From assembly GCA_965215195.1 (NCBI GenBank), contig CBDCDC010000002.1:1408001-1472000 (forward strand): a stretch of 64,000 nt of DNA, in the 5' to 3' direction. Each line of letters begins with the position of its first letter. Position 1 is the first letter of the stretch. Of the stretch, positions 9,243 to 19,517 are shown piece by piece. The translations under genes were made by a program, and so were the position numbers. The stretch comes from Candidatus Latescibacterota bacterium (GTDB lineage Bacteria > Latescibacterota > UBA2968 > UBA8231). The notes under the pieces were generated by a model. That model was not told where the DNA came from, made no database searches, and saw only the letters and a program-made list of their open reading frames with translations.

Positions 9243-10538
9243 GTGAAGCTGAAATCTGTGGAGATTGAAAACTACCGCGCCATTAAAGAGCTCAAGCTGC
9301 CGCTCGATCCATCGCTGACGGTGTTGCACGGCGACAATGGGTACGGCAAAACGAGCGTTCTGAGCGCGATTGCGGTGGGCTTGGGGCATGAGGCTATGCT
9401 CGGACCGTTTCTCGCGGTCTCCATTGACTTTTGCGAGGAGGATTGGCGCGAGGGCGCAGGGAAGCCGCGGGTATCGCTTACTTCAATGGACGAAATTGTT
9501 GGTGAGCGACAAGGGACTAAGTCGGTGGTTGAGCAGGAGAAGGCGGAGGAAATAATGTCGTCCCGCCGGGAGAATCTGGAGAAGGCGCTGATCGAGAATC
9601 GCCGAGCAGAGAACAAAGATATGCCGCTTGGTGCCTTTTATGGTACTGATCGGACGGTCTCAGGTGTGCCGGAATCAGTATTGTCGCCGCGTCATTTACC
9701 GCGCTGGACCCCTCGGTTAGATGCGCTGAAAGGGGCGCTTTCTGCTCGCACGGACTTTGAGGATCTCTTCGCTTGGTTCTATTTCAAGGAGGACGAGGAG
9801 TTGAGAGGCCAGAAGGAACGCCGCGACTTCGGTTATCAGCTAAAAGAGGTATCCGCGGTGCGCCAAGCGATCTCGTCCATGCTCCCGGAGGTGTCCGATC
9901 CTCGTACTGAGCTGAATCCGCTCCGTTTTGTGGTGTCCCGGAAATCGGCGCAGGGACGGATAGAGAAGCTCTCGCTCGACCAGTTGAGCGGTGGCTATCG
10001 CATTGTGCTGGCACTGGCGGCCGATCTGGCGCGGCGGATGGTGCAGGGCAATCCGCACTTGGATGACCCGCTCAAATCCGAGGCGGTTGTCCTGATTGAC
10101 GAGGTGGAACTGCATCTGCATCCAAGGTGGCAGCAACGCATCTTGGGCGACCTGCGGCGGACGTTCCCGAATGCGCAGTTTATCGTCTCCACACACAGCC
10201 CGCAGGTGCTGACTACGGTCGCGCCGCAGCGCATTGTGGAGCTATATCGGGAGGGCGACCGCATTGTTGCCGGGGCACCGATGGGGGCGACGTATGGGGC
10301 CGAGGCGGGGGCCGTTCTTTCCGTGGTAATGGGCGTGAAAGAACGGCCCGAGAACGAATTCACAAAAGCCTTGGAGCAATACCGGCGTCTGGTCAGCGAG
10401 GGTAAGGGGGAATCCGCAGAAGCCTTGGCCCTCAGGCGCGAACTGGAAAAGCACTCGCCCCGCGATTACGCCCTTAACAGGGCCGACCTCGAAATCCGGC
10501 GACGCAAGCTGTTTAAGCAGATGGCCGAATCGCGATGA
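9243..10538 (+). CDS. ABC/AAA-type ATPase, PtuA/Septu-like defence ATPase
   Basis: Walker A GDNGYGKT, signature QLSGG, Walker B/D-loop LIDEVELHLHPRWQ, H-loop STHSP. Confidence 0.85.
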   Translation: MKLKSVEIENYRAIKELKLPLDPSLTVLHGDNGYGKTSVLSAIAVGLGHEAMLGPFLAVSIDFCEEDWREGAGKPRVSLTSMDEIVGERQGTKSVVEQEKAEEIMSSRRENLEKALIENRRAENKDMPLGAFYGTDRTVSGVPESVLSPRHLPRWTPRLDALKGALSARTDFEDLFAWFYFKEDEELRGQKERRDFGYQLKEVSAVRQAISSMLPEVSDPRTELNPLRFVVSRKSAQGRIEKLSLDQLSGGYRIVLALAADLARRMVQGNPHLDDPLKSEAVVLIDEVELHLHPRWQQRILGDLRRTFPNAQFIVSTHSPQVLTTVAPQRIVELYREGDRIVAGAPMGATYGAEAGAVLSVVMGVKERPENEFTKALEQYRRLVSEGKGESAEALALRRELEKHSPRDYALNRADLEIRRRKLFKQMAESR

Positions 10539-11311
10539 AGAGGATCTGCGAGTTGAACAAGCCCACTCTTGGCCTTGCCGAATACCTCGACTACGTAGGC
10601 GACGACGCGAATTGGGACGAATTCCGCGACCACCATGCCGGCACATCCTACAACGAACTCATTAAAAAGTTGATCGATGTTCAGCGCGGACTGTGCGGCT
10701 ACTGCGAGATCAATTTTATAGAGCTAGATCGCCAGATTGAGCACGTCATTCCGCGAAGCGACCCGCAGCATGGAGCAGCGAGAGAGGTGGACATCACCAA
10801 CATGATCGCTTGCTGCAGAGGTGGAACATCGCCTGTGTTTGCTTCCTCAGAAAGAATCAGCGATGAAGATCGCTACCGTAAACCAGTAACGGATAATATG
10901 AGCTGTGGTCAGGCAAAGAGTGACCGCAATGACGCAGATTTTTTAGATCCTCGGAAGTTGCCCGCGCTACCGTCGCTTACGAAAGTGCTTGTTGATGGTC
11001 AGATCGAAGTAGATGAGGAAGCGTGCGAATCGGAGGGTATTCCCACTGCTCGCGTGACCCACACCATTGAGATTTTGAACCTCAATGCGGAACGGCTTAG
11101 GTCGGCGCGGGAGAAGCAGTGGAACAATCTTGAGGAAGAGGCGGACCAAATTGGCGACCCGGACGATTCGGATATTATGGATGCTTGGAGCCGCTCCGTG
11201 CTGATGCCGGATGACGCTGGCCGGTTGGTCCCTTTCTTCACGACGACTCGGTCGTACTTCGGCCCACTCGCCGAGCGCGTCCTCGAACAACAACCTCAAG
11301 CGTGGATATAA
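10535..11311 (+). CDS. HNH endonuclease, TIGR02646/PtuB-like
   Basis: Q.GLCGYCE, IEHVIPRS, NMIACC, SCGQAK, TI.ILNLN..RL..AR; ATGA overlap with the ATPase. Confidence 0.85.
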   Translation: MKRICELNKPTLGLAEYLDYVGDDANWDEFRDHHAGTSYNELIKKLIDVQRGLCGYCEINFIELDRQIEHVIPRSDPQHGAAREVDITNMIACCRGGTSPVFASSERISDEDRYRKPVTDNMSCGQAKSDRNDADFLDPRKLPALPSLTKVLVDGQIEVDEEACESEGIPTARVTHTIEILNLNAERLRSAREKQWNNLEEEADQIGDPDDSDIMDAWSRSVLMPDDAGRLVPFFTTTRSYFGPLAERVLEQQPQAWI

Positions 11312-11400
11312 GGGATGCTGCTAGGTAATCGCCTCATAGAACACTGGCTGCCGATTGCCGCGTTGAGCATTGCATAACAACGATAGAATACCTGTGGAGG

Positions 11401-12132
11401 ATGAACCCCATGTTCGGAACCATTCGCAACTCGTCGGGCGAAGTGCTCGACTACACTTTCCACGCCGGCGCGGAAGGGTCGCGGCAAATCGCCGTTTTGG
11501 GGCACGGCGTGACCGGCAACAAGGACCGCCCCTTTGTCGCAGCACTCGCCGCGGGACTGGCGGCTGCCGGCATCCACGCGCTGCGCTTTTCCTTTGCCGG
11601 CAACGGCGCGTCCGAGGGCCGCTTTGCCGACGCGACCATCTCCAAAGAGGTCGGGGACTTAGGCGCGGTGCTCAACGCCTTGGGCGGCTACTCGGTCTGC
11701 TATGTCGGCCACAGCATGGGCGGGGCCGTCGGCGTCTTGCGCGCTAGCCGCGACGAGCGCGTCCGCCTGCTCGTCTCCTTGGCCGGCATGGTGCATACCC
11801 GCGCCTTTGCCGAGCGCGAATTCGGCGAGGAGGTGCCCGACGAGGGCTGCATGTGGGACGAGCCAGACTGCCCGCTCTCGCAAGCCTACATGGACGACAT
11901 GGCCCAGATCGACACCGTGGTTGAGCGCGGGGCCGAGATTGCAGTGCCTTGGCTGTTGGTCCACGGCAGCGAGGACGACGTGGTGCCGCTGGCCGACTCG
12001 CACGACATCCTCGCCCAAGCCAGCGACCACGCCGAACTCGTCGTCATCGACGGCGCCGATCACGTCTTTAGCGAGCACGCGCAGGTCATGGTCGCAAAGG
12101 TCGTCGGCTGGATACAAGAGCAGTGGGCATGA
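11401..12132 (+). CDS. Alpha/beta hydrolase
   Basis: HGVTG, GHSMGG nucleophile elbow, HGSEDDVVP, GADHVF; SD GGAGG. Confidence 0.9.
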   Translation: MNPMFGTIRNSSGEVLDYTFHAGAEGSRQIAVLGHGVTGNKDRPFVAALAAGLAAAGIHALRFSFAGNGASEGRFADATISKEVGDLGAVLNALGGYSVCYVGHSMGGAVGVLRASRDERVRLLVSLAGMVHTRAFAEREFGEEVPDEGCMWDEPDCPLSQAYMDDMAQIDTVVERGAEIAVPWLLVHGSEDDVVPLADSHDILAQASDHAELVVIDGADHVFSEHAQVMVAKVVGWIQEQWA

Positions 12133-12298
12133 GCATCCCCGCAGGCGGCAGCCTACCAACAACAGCGATCAGTGGTTAGTGGCCCGTGGTCAGCCCCAAC
12201 CGCCGGTGGCCGCCTACCAAAAATTGCATTCAACTCCTATCTTTAGAGAAGTACGCCCGGCCATCCCGCCGGCCATCTGCGCTCTGCCGAACTAAGCC

Positions 12299-15169
12299 AT
12301 GCAAAAGAAAACCCCGAGCCGCCTGAGCGCACTCCAGCAGCGCACGGTGTTGGTGGTCGTGGCCTTGGGCGTCTTCATGGTCGCCGATACGCTCTATTTG
12401 CTGACCAATCGGCTGGCCGACGCCCTCGATTTCGACTATTTCGCCGTCACCGACATTTCCCTGCCCAAGTTTTACCAAGGCATGGTCCTGTCGCACACGG
12501 GCGTCGGGCTGGTGCTAGTGGTACTGGCACTGGGCTTTGTGGCTTGGCACCTACCGGCCGTGTGGCGCAAAAGCCGCAAGCGGGCCATCTACACCGGCCT
12601 CGCCACCCTCGCGCTGGGCTTCGTACTGGCCATCAGCGGGCTGTTCATCCTCAGCGCGGCGAGCAACCGCGGCAACCCGGTGGCCTACTGGAGCCACGTG
12701 GCCGCAGCGGTTTTAGTCCCCCTCTTTTACTTGGCGCACCGCCGCCTCTCCCTGTGGAAGCCCTCGGCGCGGACCTATCGCGTCGTGCCCGTAGCGGTAG
12801 TAGGGCTGCTGGCACTAGCCGTGGTGCTACACGGGTTGACCTATAGCGGCGAGCAGTACACACCGGCGGCCGAGCAAGCCTTTGCCGCTGGCAAGCACAC
12901 CGGCCCGGGTTCCAAAATGCGGCAGGTCGCCGACTATGCGCCCGACGGCTTCGTCCCGGCCAATTTCGTCCCGGTCGAAAGCCCCTTTTTCCCGGCCGCT
13001 ACTACTACCACTACCGGCGATTTTCTGCCCTCGCGGATCATCACCCGGGGCGATCTCTCGCAGCCGGAGAAACTCGCCGGCGACCTCGCCGAGTACGGCT
13101 TTGTGGTCTCCGAGCCGATTGGCTCGGAAACGTGCGCCCGCTGCCACGCGGCCATCGTCGAACAGTGGGCAACGTCGGCGCACCGCTTTGCCTCGTTCAA
13201 CAATCCCTTCTACGAGGCCACGATCAACCACATGCGCCGCAACTCGACCGAGAGCAACCCCGAGGTCGCCGCCCATATCGCCTATTACAAGGGCTTGGCG
13301 GGCGAGGAGGGCAAAATCAAGTCCAAGTGGTGCTCGGGTTGCCACGACCCGGCCCTGATGCTGGCCGGCAAAATGACCGCAGAGATCGACCGCGCCTCGC
13401 CGCAGGCCCAAGCCGGCTTGACCTGCCTCGGCTGCCACGCCATCGACGCAATTCACGACCAGACCGGCAACGGCAACTACAACATCGCCGACGAGCAGGA
13501 GGATCCCTATCTCTTCGCCGAGGCCAAAGAAGGCGCGGGCCGCTTCTTGCACGACACCGCGCTGAAGGCGCGACCCATCGTCCACAAGAAGCAAATGCTC
13601 AAGCCCTTCTTCCGCACCTCTGAGTTTTGCGCCACCTGCCACAAGGTCAGCCTCGACGCGCGCGTCAATGGCTACCGCTGGCTGCGCGGCCAAGACGAGT
13701 TCGACAATTGGCACGACAGCGGCGTGGCGCTCAACGCTTCTAGGACCTTCTACTTGCCGGGTGCCAAGCGGGTCTGCCAAGACTGCCACATGCCGCTGGA
13801 GGAAGCGGTCGCCGGCGACGTGTCGGCGCGGGATGGGTACGTCAAGTCGCACCGCTTTTTGGCGGTCAACACGGCCCTGCCCTACATCCGCGGCGACGAG
13901 GAGACCATTGCGCGGATCGAGGAATTTCTGCAAGACGAAAAACTCAGCGTCGATGTGTTCGCCCTGCACCACCAAGAAGAAGCGCACTACGCGCTGGACA
14001 AAAGCCAGCCGGTGCTGGTGCGCGGCCGCGAGTACGCATTTGACGTGGTGGTGCGCAACAAGGGCGTCGGGCACACCTTCCCGGGCGGCACCAACGATTC
14101 CAACGAGGGCTGGCTAGAGGTCTCGGTGGTGGGCGACGACGACGCAGTGCTAGCTTTGAACGGGGCGGTGCAAGACGACGGGCACGTCGATCGCGAGGCG
14201 CACTTTTACAAGGCCCTGATGGTCGATGCAAACGGCGAGGCCATCCACCGGCGCAACGCCCAAGACATCGTCACAGCCGTGTACGTGCGCACCATTGGCC
14301 CGGGTGCGGCCGATGTAGCGCACTATAGCTTCCGGGTGCCAGAGGACTACCGAGGGCGCAAGCTCGCGCTGCGCGTGCGGCTGCTGTGGCGCAAGTTCGA
14401 CCGCGCCTACACGGAATTTGCCTTCCACAGCAACCGCGAGGGTTTCCGCCGCTTCGACCAAGTGCCGGATTTGCCGGTAACTGAGATCGCCCGCAGCGAA
14501 GTGGAGTTGGCGGTGGGAGGGCCGTCTATGCCATCTGCGCCGTCTGCCGGCGACTGGATGCGCTTCAACGACTATGGCATTGGCTTGCTGCTCCAAGACG
14601 ATACTCAAGGTGCCGCCCGGGCCTTTGCGGCCGTGGAACAGCTAGTACCTCAGCGCCTAGACGGCTGCCGCAACTTGGCTAGGGTTGCGGTGCGCGACGG
14701 CCACTTGGAGCGGGCCTACGAGCATTTAGAGGATTGCGAGGCGTTAGTTAGCGGCGACGGGCAGACAGCTTGGGTGTGGGGCGTGGTATTGCAAGAGGAT
14801 GGCCGCTACGAGGCTGCGGCGCAGGCGTATCGCCGGGTGTTGCGCGACTTTCCCGAGGATCGGGCTGCGTGGCGCAACTTGGGCCGGGTGCTCTACCTCG
14901 ACGGCCGCTTTGAGGAAGCGCTGGAAGCTCTCGACGGCGTGCTGGCCATTGACCCGGAAGACCGCGTCGCCCACTACCATCGGATGCTCTCGCTGCGCGC
15001 CCTCGGCCGCGAGGATGAGGCCCTCATGGCCGAGCGGGCCTACCAGTACCACCAGATCGACGAGTCGGCTCAAGAGCTGACGCGCCGCTACCGGCTAGCG
15101 CATCCGCACGACAACCGCGAGGCGCTCAAGATCCACGTTCATCCGCTTGAATTAACCTCTGTGGAATAG
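12299..15169 (+). CDS. Membrane-anchored pentaheme cytochrome c with C-terminal TPR repeats
   Basis: About 5 N-terminal hydrophobic helices; five CxxCH (CARCH, CSGCH, CLGCH, CATCH, CQDCH); GHTFPGG; TPR-like AWRNLGRVLYLDGRFEEA. Confidence 0.85.
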   Translation: MQKKTPSRLSALQQRTVLVVVALGVFMVADTLYLLTNRLADALDFDYFAVTDISLPKFYQGMVLSHTGVGLVLVVLALGFVAWHLPAVWRKSRKRAIYTGLATLALGFVLAISGLFILSAASNRGNPVAYWSHVAAAVLVPLFYLAHRRLSLWKPSARTYRVVPVAVVGLLALAVVLHGLTYSGEQYTPAAEQAFAAGKHTGPGSKMRQVADYAPDGFVPANFVPVESPFFPAATTTTTGDFLPSRIITRGDLSQPEKLAGDLAEYGFVVSEPIGSETCARCHAAIVEQWATSAHRFASFNNPFYEATINHMRRNSTESNPEVAAHIAYYKGLAGEEGKIKSKWCSGCHDPALMLAGKMTAEIDRASPQAQAGLTCLGCHAIDAIHDQTGNGNYNIADEQEDPYLFAEAKEGAGRFLHDTALKARPIVHKKQMLKPFFRTSEFCATCHKVSLDARVNGYRWLRGQDEFDNWHDSGVALNASRTFYLPGAKRVCQDCHMPLEEAVAGDVSARDGYVKSHRFLAVNTALPYIRGDEETIARIEEFLQDEKLSVDVFALHHQEEAHYALDKSQPVLVRGREYAFDVVVRNKGVGHTFPGGTNDSNEGWLEVSVVGDDDAVLALNGAVQDDGHVDREAHFYKALMVDANGEAIHRRNAQDIVTAVYVRTIGPGAADVAHYSFRVPEDYRGRKLALRVRLLWRKFDRAYTEFAFHSNREGFRRFDQVPDLPVTEIARSEVELAVGGPSMPSAPSAGDWMRFNDYGIGLLLQDDTQGAARAFAAVEQLVPQRLDGCRNLARVAVRDGHLERAYEHLEDCEALVSGDGQTAWVWGVVLQEDGRYEAAAQAYRRVLRDFPEDRAAWRNLGRVLYLDGRFEEALEALDGVLAIDPEDRVAHYHRMLSLRALGREDEALMAERAYQYHQIDESAQELTRRYRLAHPHDNREALKIHVHPLELTSVE

Positions 15170-15185
15170 GGGTAATTTTTCACAC

Positions 15186-16967
15186 ATGCCAATATATCAT
15201 AGCGCGATTTGGCGACTCTTGGGCTGCGCGTTGTTGTGGACCGCCTGCGGCGAAGACGCAACTGAGGCCCCGGCCCCCGCGCCCGAGTACGCCAAAGCAC
15301 CCGCTGCCGACTACGCGGTCGGGCGCGGCCGCAAGGAGGCCCCGGCGGTGCGCTTTGTCGATGTGACGCGAGAGGCTGGTCTCGAATTCAGGCACGAGAC
15401 CGGGGCACGCGGCGACAAGTGGATGCCGGAAACTATGGGCAGCGGCTGTGCGCTCTTTGATTACGACGGAGACGGCTGGCTGGACGGGCTCTTGGTCAAC
15501 AGCGAAGGCTGGCAGGGCGAAAAGGCCCCCGGCAAGCTCTACCGCAATCTCGGCAACGGCACCTTTGCCGACGCCACCAAGCGCACTGGCCTAGACTTTT
15601 CAGTCTATGGCATGGGCGCGACGATTGCCGACTACGACGCCGATGGCGACCCGGACATTTACCTGACGACCTTGGGGCCGAATCTGCTCTTGCGCAACGA
15701 CGCCGGCCGCTTTGTCGATGTGGCGCGGGAAGCGGGCGTGGCCGGCGCGGTCTGGCGAGACGATGCGGGCAACGAGAGTCCCGAGTGGTCCACGGGCGCG
15801 GCTTGGGTCGATGTGGATGGGGACGGCTGGCTGGATCTGTTGGTCACCAACTACGTGCGCTGGTCGCCTAGCACCGACATATACACCACGCTCGACGGCA
15901 AGGGAAAGTCCTACGCCACGCCGCAGCAATACCCCGGCTCAACGCCGCGGCTCTACCGCAATCTGGGCGAGGGGCGCTTCCGGGAAATAACCGCAGAAGC
16001 CGGTCTGCTTCTGCCCGAGGGCAAGTCCATGGGCGTGGCCATGACCGATTTTGAAGACGACGGCCGCATCGACTTGGTCGTCACCAACGACACCCAGCCC
16101 AATTTCCTGTTGCAAAATTTAGGTGGGGGCCGCTTCGCGGAGCGGGGTCTGGCCGCGGGCATTGGCTACGACGAGAGCGGGCGGGCGCGAGCGGGCATGG
16201 GCGTAGATATTGCATCGGTCGCCAACGACGGCGCACTTTCCATCGCCATTGGCAACTTCAGCCGCGAGGCACTCTCGCTCTATCGCCAAGCCGGCCGCGA
16301 GGTCTTCGTCGATGCTGCGGGCCGGGCTAGGCTGATGCAGGCGACGCTGCGGCCGCTGACCTTTGGGCTGCGCTTTTTCGACTGCGATCTCGACGGCTAC
16401 CAAGATCTGATCTTGGCCAATGGGCACATCGAGCCAGAGATCAACGCGGTGCAGAAGGAGATCGAGTACCAGCAAGCACCGCAGTTGTTTTGGAATGCCG
16501 GCGACGGGCGGATGGTCGAGGTGTCGGAGCAGACCGGCGGGCCGTTCCTCAAGCCAATAGTGGCGCGAGGGCTGGCCATCGGCGATATAGAAGCCGACGG
16601 CGACTTGGACGTGCTGCTGACGACCAATGGCGGCCCGGCCTATTTATTGCGCAACGAGGGCCCGACCGGCCGGGCGGTGGCTCTCGACCTAACGGGCAAG
16701 GCACCCAACCGCGACGCCATCGGCGCACAGGTGACGGCGCAAGTGGGCGAGCAGGCGCAGGTGTTCATGGTGCGTACAGGGTCTTCCTATTTGAGCCACA
16801 GCCCTACTACCCTGACCGTTGGCTTGGGCGCGGCCGATCAGATCGACCGCTTGGAGATTCGCTGGCCAGACGGGACGGTAGAAACTCTTGAACAGGTCGC
16901 GGCCGGAGCGCGCTACAAAATCGCGCAGGGCGAGGGGATTGTGGGGAAGAGGGCCTTTGTGCGGTAG
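15186..16967 (+). CDS. CRTAC1/ASPIC-UnbV family FG-GAP repeat protein, probable lipoprotein
   Basis: Lipobox-like LLWTAC; ETMGSG; repeated D[YV]DGDGWLD; ARGLA.GD; C-terminal NRDAIGA..V, SSYLS, IRWPDG. Confidence 0.9.
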   Translation: MPIYHSAIWRLLGCALLWTACGEDATEAPAPAPEYAKAPAADYAVGRGRKEAPAVRFVDVTREAGLEFRHETGARGDKWMPETMGSGCALFDYDGDGWLDGLLVNSEGWQGEKAPGKLYRNLGNGTFADATKRTGLDFSVYGMGATIADYDADGDPDIYLTTLGPNLLLRNDAGRFVDVAREAGVAGAVWRDDAGNESPEWSTGAAWVDVDGDGWLDLLVTNYVRWSPSTDIYTTLDGKGKSYATPQQYPGSTPRLYRNLGEGRFREITAEAGLLLPEGKSMGVAMTDFEDDGRIDLVVTNDTQPNFLLQNLGGGRFAERGLAAGIGYDESGRARAGMGVDIASVANDGALSIAIGNFSREALSLYRQAGREVFVDAAGRARLMQATLRPLTFGLRFFDCDLDGYQDLILANGHIEPEINAVQKEIEYQQAPQLFWNAGDGRMVEVSEQTGGPFLKPIVARGLAIGDIEADGDLDVLLTTNGGPAYLLRNEGPTGRAVALDLTGKAPNRDAIGAQVTAQVGEQAQVFMVRTGSSYLSHSPTTLTVGLGAADQIDRLEIRWPDGTVETLEQVAAGARYKIAQGEGIVGKRAFVR

Positions 16968-16989
16968 AAAGATAACGTATTGGCAGTAA

Positions 16990-17210
16990 AAAGCCGTAAT
17001 GTGTGCTGATTGGACGAAAGTCAATCCATTGCTGGACCGTAGAACGGGAGAATGTCGCCAAGGGATCATAGTCAGCTTCGTGGCGTCGAACCTGCATAGC
17101 GACGAATTGCTCTCCGAAGGCTTGGATGTCAGCCGGAAATCTACTCATCACTTGTCGAATGTTGCATTGATTTTTAGCCTGACGGTGCTCCAAGGCTCGA
17201 TAGGTTTCAA
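16990..17210 (-). pseudogene. Internal fragment of a HEPN-like gene
   Basis: ETYRALEHRQAKNQC...FVAMQVRRHEADYDP; no N-terminus; AT-richer than neighbours. Confidence 0.55.
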
Positions 17211-18091
17211 CCGATCAAGCGCCCCCTTTGGTCGTGGCTGACCTCGTCCGGGTCGTGCGGCCCGGAGCGGGCGCGCTTGGCCTCTCCTTGTTCGTAGCGG
17301 TGGCGCATTTCCGTCCGCCGCCAGCGCAAAAAGCTGCGTTCCTGCGCGTCGCGGTTGCGCACCGAAGCCGGGGCCGGGATTTCAATGGTGGCATAAGTGA
17401 TTTCGCTCACCCGGCGCGACAAAGCGACGATTTCTCCTTTGCTAATGACCAAGGTGACCCCGACGTTGGCCTCGACAATGGCGACGCCGTTTTCGCGCGC
17501 CCGGGCCAACACGGCGCGGTCTTGGGCCTTGGAGCGGGAGCCGAAGGAGGGAATGAGCAGGTACTGGGCCCCGTCGAGCACCGGGATGCGGGCGATGTCG
17601 GGATTCCAGCGGTCGTTGCAAATGAGGAAGCCGCAGCGGCCAAAAGGGGTGTCAAAGGCGCGGGCATGGGCACCGAGGCGATTGTACCACCAAGAGGGAT
17701 GATAGCCCTCGGCCAACTGCATTTTGTGGTACTTGCCGCGCAGGCGGCCCCGGTGGTCGATGAAGACAGCGCAGTTGTACACATCGTCGCCTATGCGCTC
17801 GGCCAAGCCAAAGGATAGGCATATTCCCAGTTCGCGGGCGAGGGCGCGGAAGCGGCCAATGACCGGGCCGCGCGTGGTGACGGCCACGTCCCGCATCCGT
17901 TCTTCTCGCTCTTCCCCAGCGATCAGTTCCATGACCACGTAGCCTTCCAGCACCCCTTCGGGTGCCAAGGCCAGTTGGGCACCGCCCTCGGCCGCAGTGC
18001 GGAACATGGCCTCCAAGCGGTCGGCGTTGTCGGCCAAGTCGAATTTTTTGGGTCGGAAGGAAATGGCGGCGACAGCTACGGATTGATACAT
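17207..18091 (-). CDS. Carbon-nitrogen hydrolase (nitrilase superfamily)
   Basis: Triad motifs PEG, YHKMQL, ICNDR; VYNCAVFID. Confidence 0.9.
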   Translation of the reverse strand: MYQSVAVAAISFRPKKFDLADNADRLEAMFRTAAEGGAQLALAPEGVLEGYVVMELIAGEEREERMRDVAVTTRGPVIGRFRALARELGICLSFGLAERIGDDVYNCAVFIDHRGRLRGKYHKMQLAEGYHPSWWYNRLGAHARAFDTPFGRCGFLICNDRWNPDIARIPVLDGAQYLLIPSFGSRSKAQDRAVLARARENGVAIVEANVGVTLVISKGEIVALSRRVSEITYATIEIPAPASVRNRDAQERSFLRWRRTEMRHRYEQGEAKRARSGPHDPDEVSHDQRGRLIG

Positions 18092-18103
18092 GGGTTTTGT
18101 CTC

Positions 18104-19480
18104 CTATTCTTCTCTGCGGCAAAAGCGCAGCGCGTACAGGTCGGCGTCGTACATGACAAAGCGCAAACGCACTGGCCGGCCGGCCAACGGGCCAACCTCA
18201 GCGCCCGATTTCCACTGCACAGCTAAATCCGTCTGATCCTGAAAGAGCGCGGGCGAGTCGGCCAGCGCTAGGCCGGGAAAGGGCTGGCCGCTTTCGTCTT
18301 GGACCTCAACGCGAATGCTGCCGGCCGCGGAAGTGGACATATTGAGCCGCAACTGATCGCCGCTGAAAATCAGGGGCTTGGTGGTGAACTGGCCGCCGCC
18401 ATAGGGCGCTTGCACCGAGGCAAAACCATCCAAGCGCATGGTCAGGCGGCGGATGCAGGAAGTGGCTAAGCGCCAGTGCTCGGTCATGTAGAGCGACAGC
18501 TCGGCCGGTCCGGTGCGCAGCAGGCCGCGCATGACGTACACGCTGCGGTCGTGCCAATTGCCGGGGTCGGGCCCCGGACGCACAAAGGCTTCGGGGAAGA
18601 GGCGGTCGAAGTGGAGGCCGTCGCGGCTGCTCATCAGCACGGCATCGTTGACCCCGGGATAAGGCCAGTCGGGCGTGGGGCTGCGGCTGTTGACAAAGCG
18701 CGAGGGAAACATCAGGTAGAGGCCGGGGGAACGCTCGTATGGGACGCAGGAATTGGTGTACAAGTGTTCTAGCGGCGCATCGCCGGTGTCGATGGCTTTG
18801 AGCGGACTCCAGTGGACAAAGTCGTCCGAAGTGGCGCGGCGGATCCAGCGCACCCCTTCCTTAAAGGCGCGGGTGGCGCCGTGGCCCAGTTCGCCGTCGC
18901 GGCGAATGCCGCGCGTGTACATGACGTACTGGCCGCTCCACGGGTCGCGGAAGGCGATATTGTGCGAGTCGAACGGGCCTTCGGTCTGCACGGGTTCGGG
19001 GTTTTTGCGCCAGTGCAGCCCGTCGGGCGAGGTCGCCGCGTAAATGGCACCGCGCCGGCCGATGCCTTTGTAACGCTCTTGAACCGGGGCTTCTACATCG
19101 AGGAACGGGGCGAAGTTGACTAGGTCGGGATCGTCGATAACCAAGTTGTTGGCCGTTGAGCCTTGGAAGTTGATGAGGCCCAGCGCTGGTTTGTGCCAAG
19201 TGATGCCGTCGCTGCTTTCGGCGTAGGCCGTGCAGGCCCTATCGGTTTTGTTGTTGTCGGCGTGGGGGATGCAGCGGTACCAGGCGCGGAAGCGGTCGCC
19301 GTCTTTGCAGAGCACGGCGTAGGCGAGGCCGCCTTCTTCATGGGGATGGTCGATGCGCACTGCGGCGTTGCGGCGCACGGGCGGGTGGAGGACTTGGCGG
19401 GCGTCTTGTAGCTCGTCGATGAGGCGGCGGTCGAGCAATAGTTGGCGGTCAGAGCCGATGGGTATAGGCGTGCCGGGCAT
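18104..19480 (-). CDS. Beta-propeller glycoside hydrolase-like protein (GH32/43/130-like)
   Basis: YAESSDGITWHKP, SPDGLHW, FDSHN, SDDFVHWS, SRDGLHF repeats; C-terminal RLDGF...VRLRF..DADLYA. Confidence 0.65.
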   Translation of the reverse strand: MPGTPIPIGSDRQLLLDRRLIDELQDARQVLHPPVRRNAAVRIDHPHEEGGLAYAVLCKDGDRFRAWYRCIPHADNNKTDRACTAYAESSDGITWHKPALGLINFQGSTANNLVIDDPDLVNFAPFLDVEAPVQERYKGIGRRGAIYAATSPDGLHWRKNPEPVQTEGPFDSHNIAFRDPWSGQYVMYTRGIRRDGELGHGATRAFKEGVRWIRRATSDDFVHWSPLKAIDTGDAPLEHLYTNSCVPYERSPGLYLMFPSRFVNSRSPTPDWPYPGVNDAVLMSSRDGLHFDRLFPEAFVRPGPDPGNWHDRSVYVMRGLLRTGPAELSLYMTEHWRLATSCIRRLTMRLDGFASVQAPYGGGQFTTKPLIFSGDQLRLNMSTSAAGSIRVEVQDESGQPFPGLALADSPALFQDQTDLAVQWKSGAEVGPLAGRPVRLRFVMYDADLYALRFCRREE

Positions 19481-19517
19481 GGTGGCCTCTAATTTTCAAT
19501 GGGTGTAAAACTAAAGT

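Noticed and set aside
12140-12220. Two copies of GGCnGCCTACCAA in the intergenic region
   Set aside because: Too short, no TSD or further copies seen in the window
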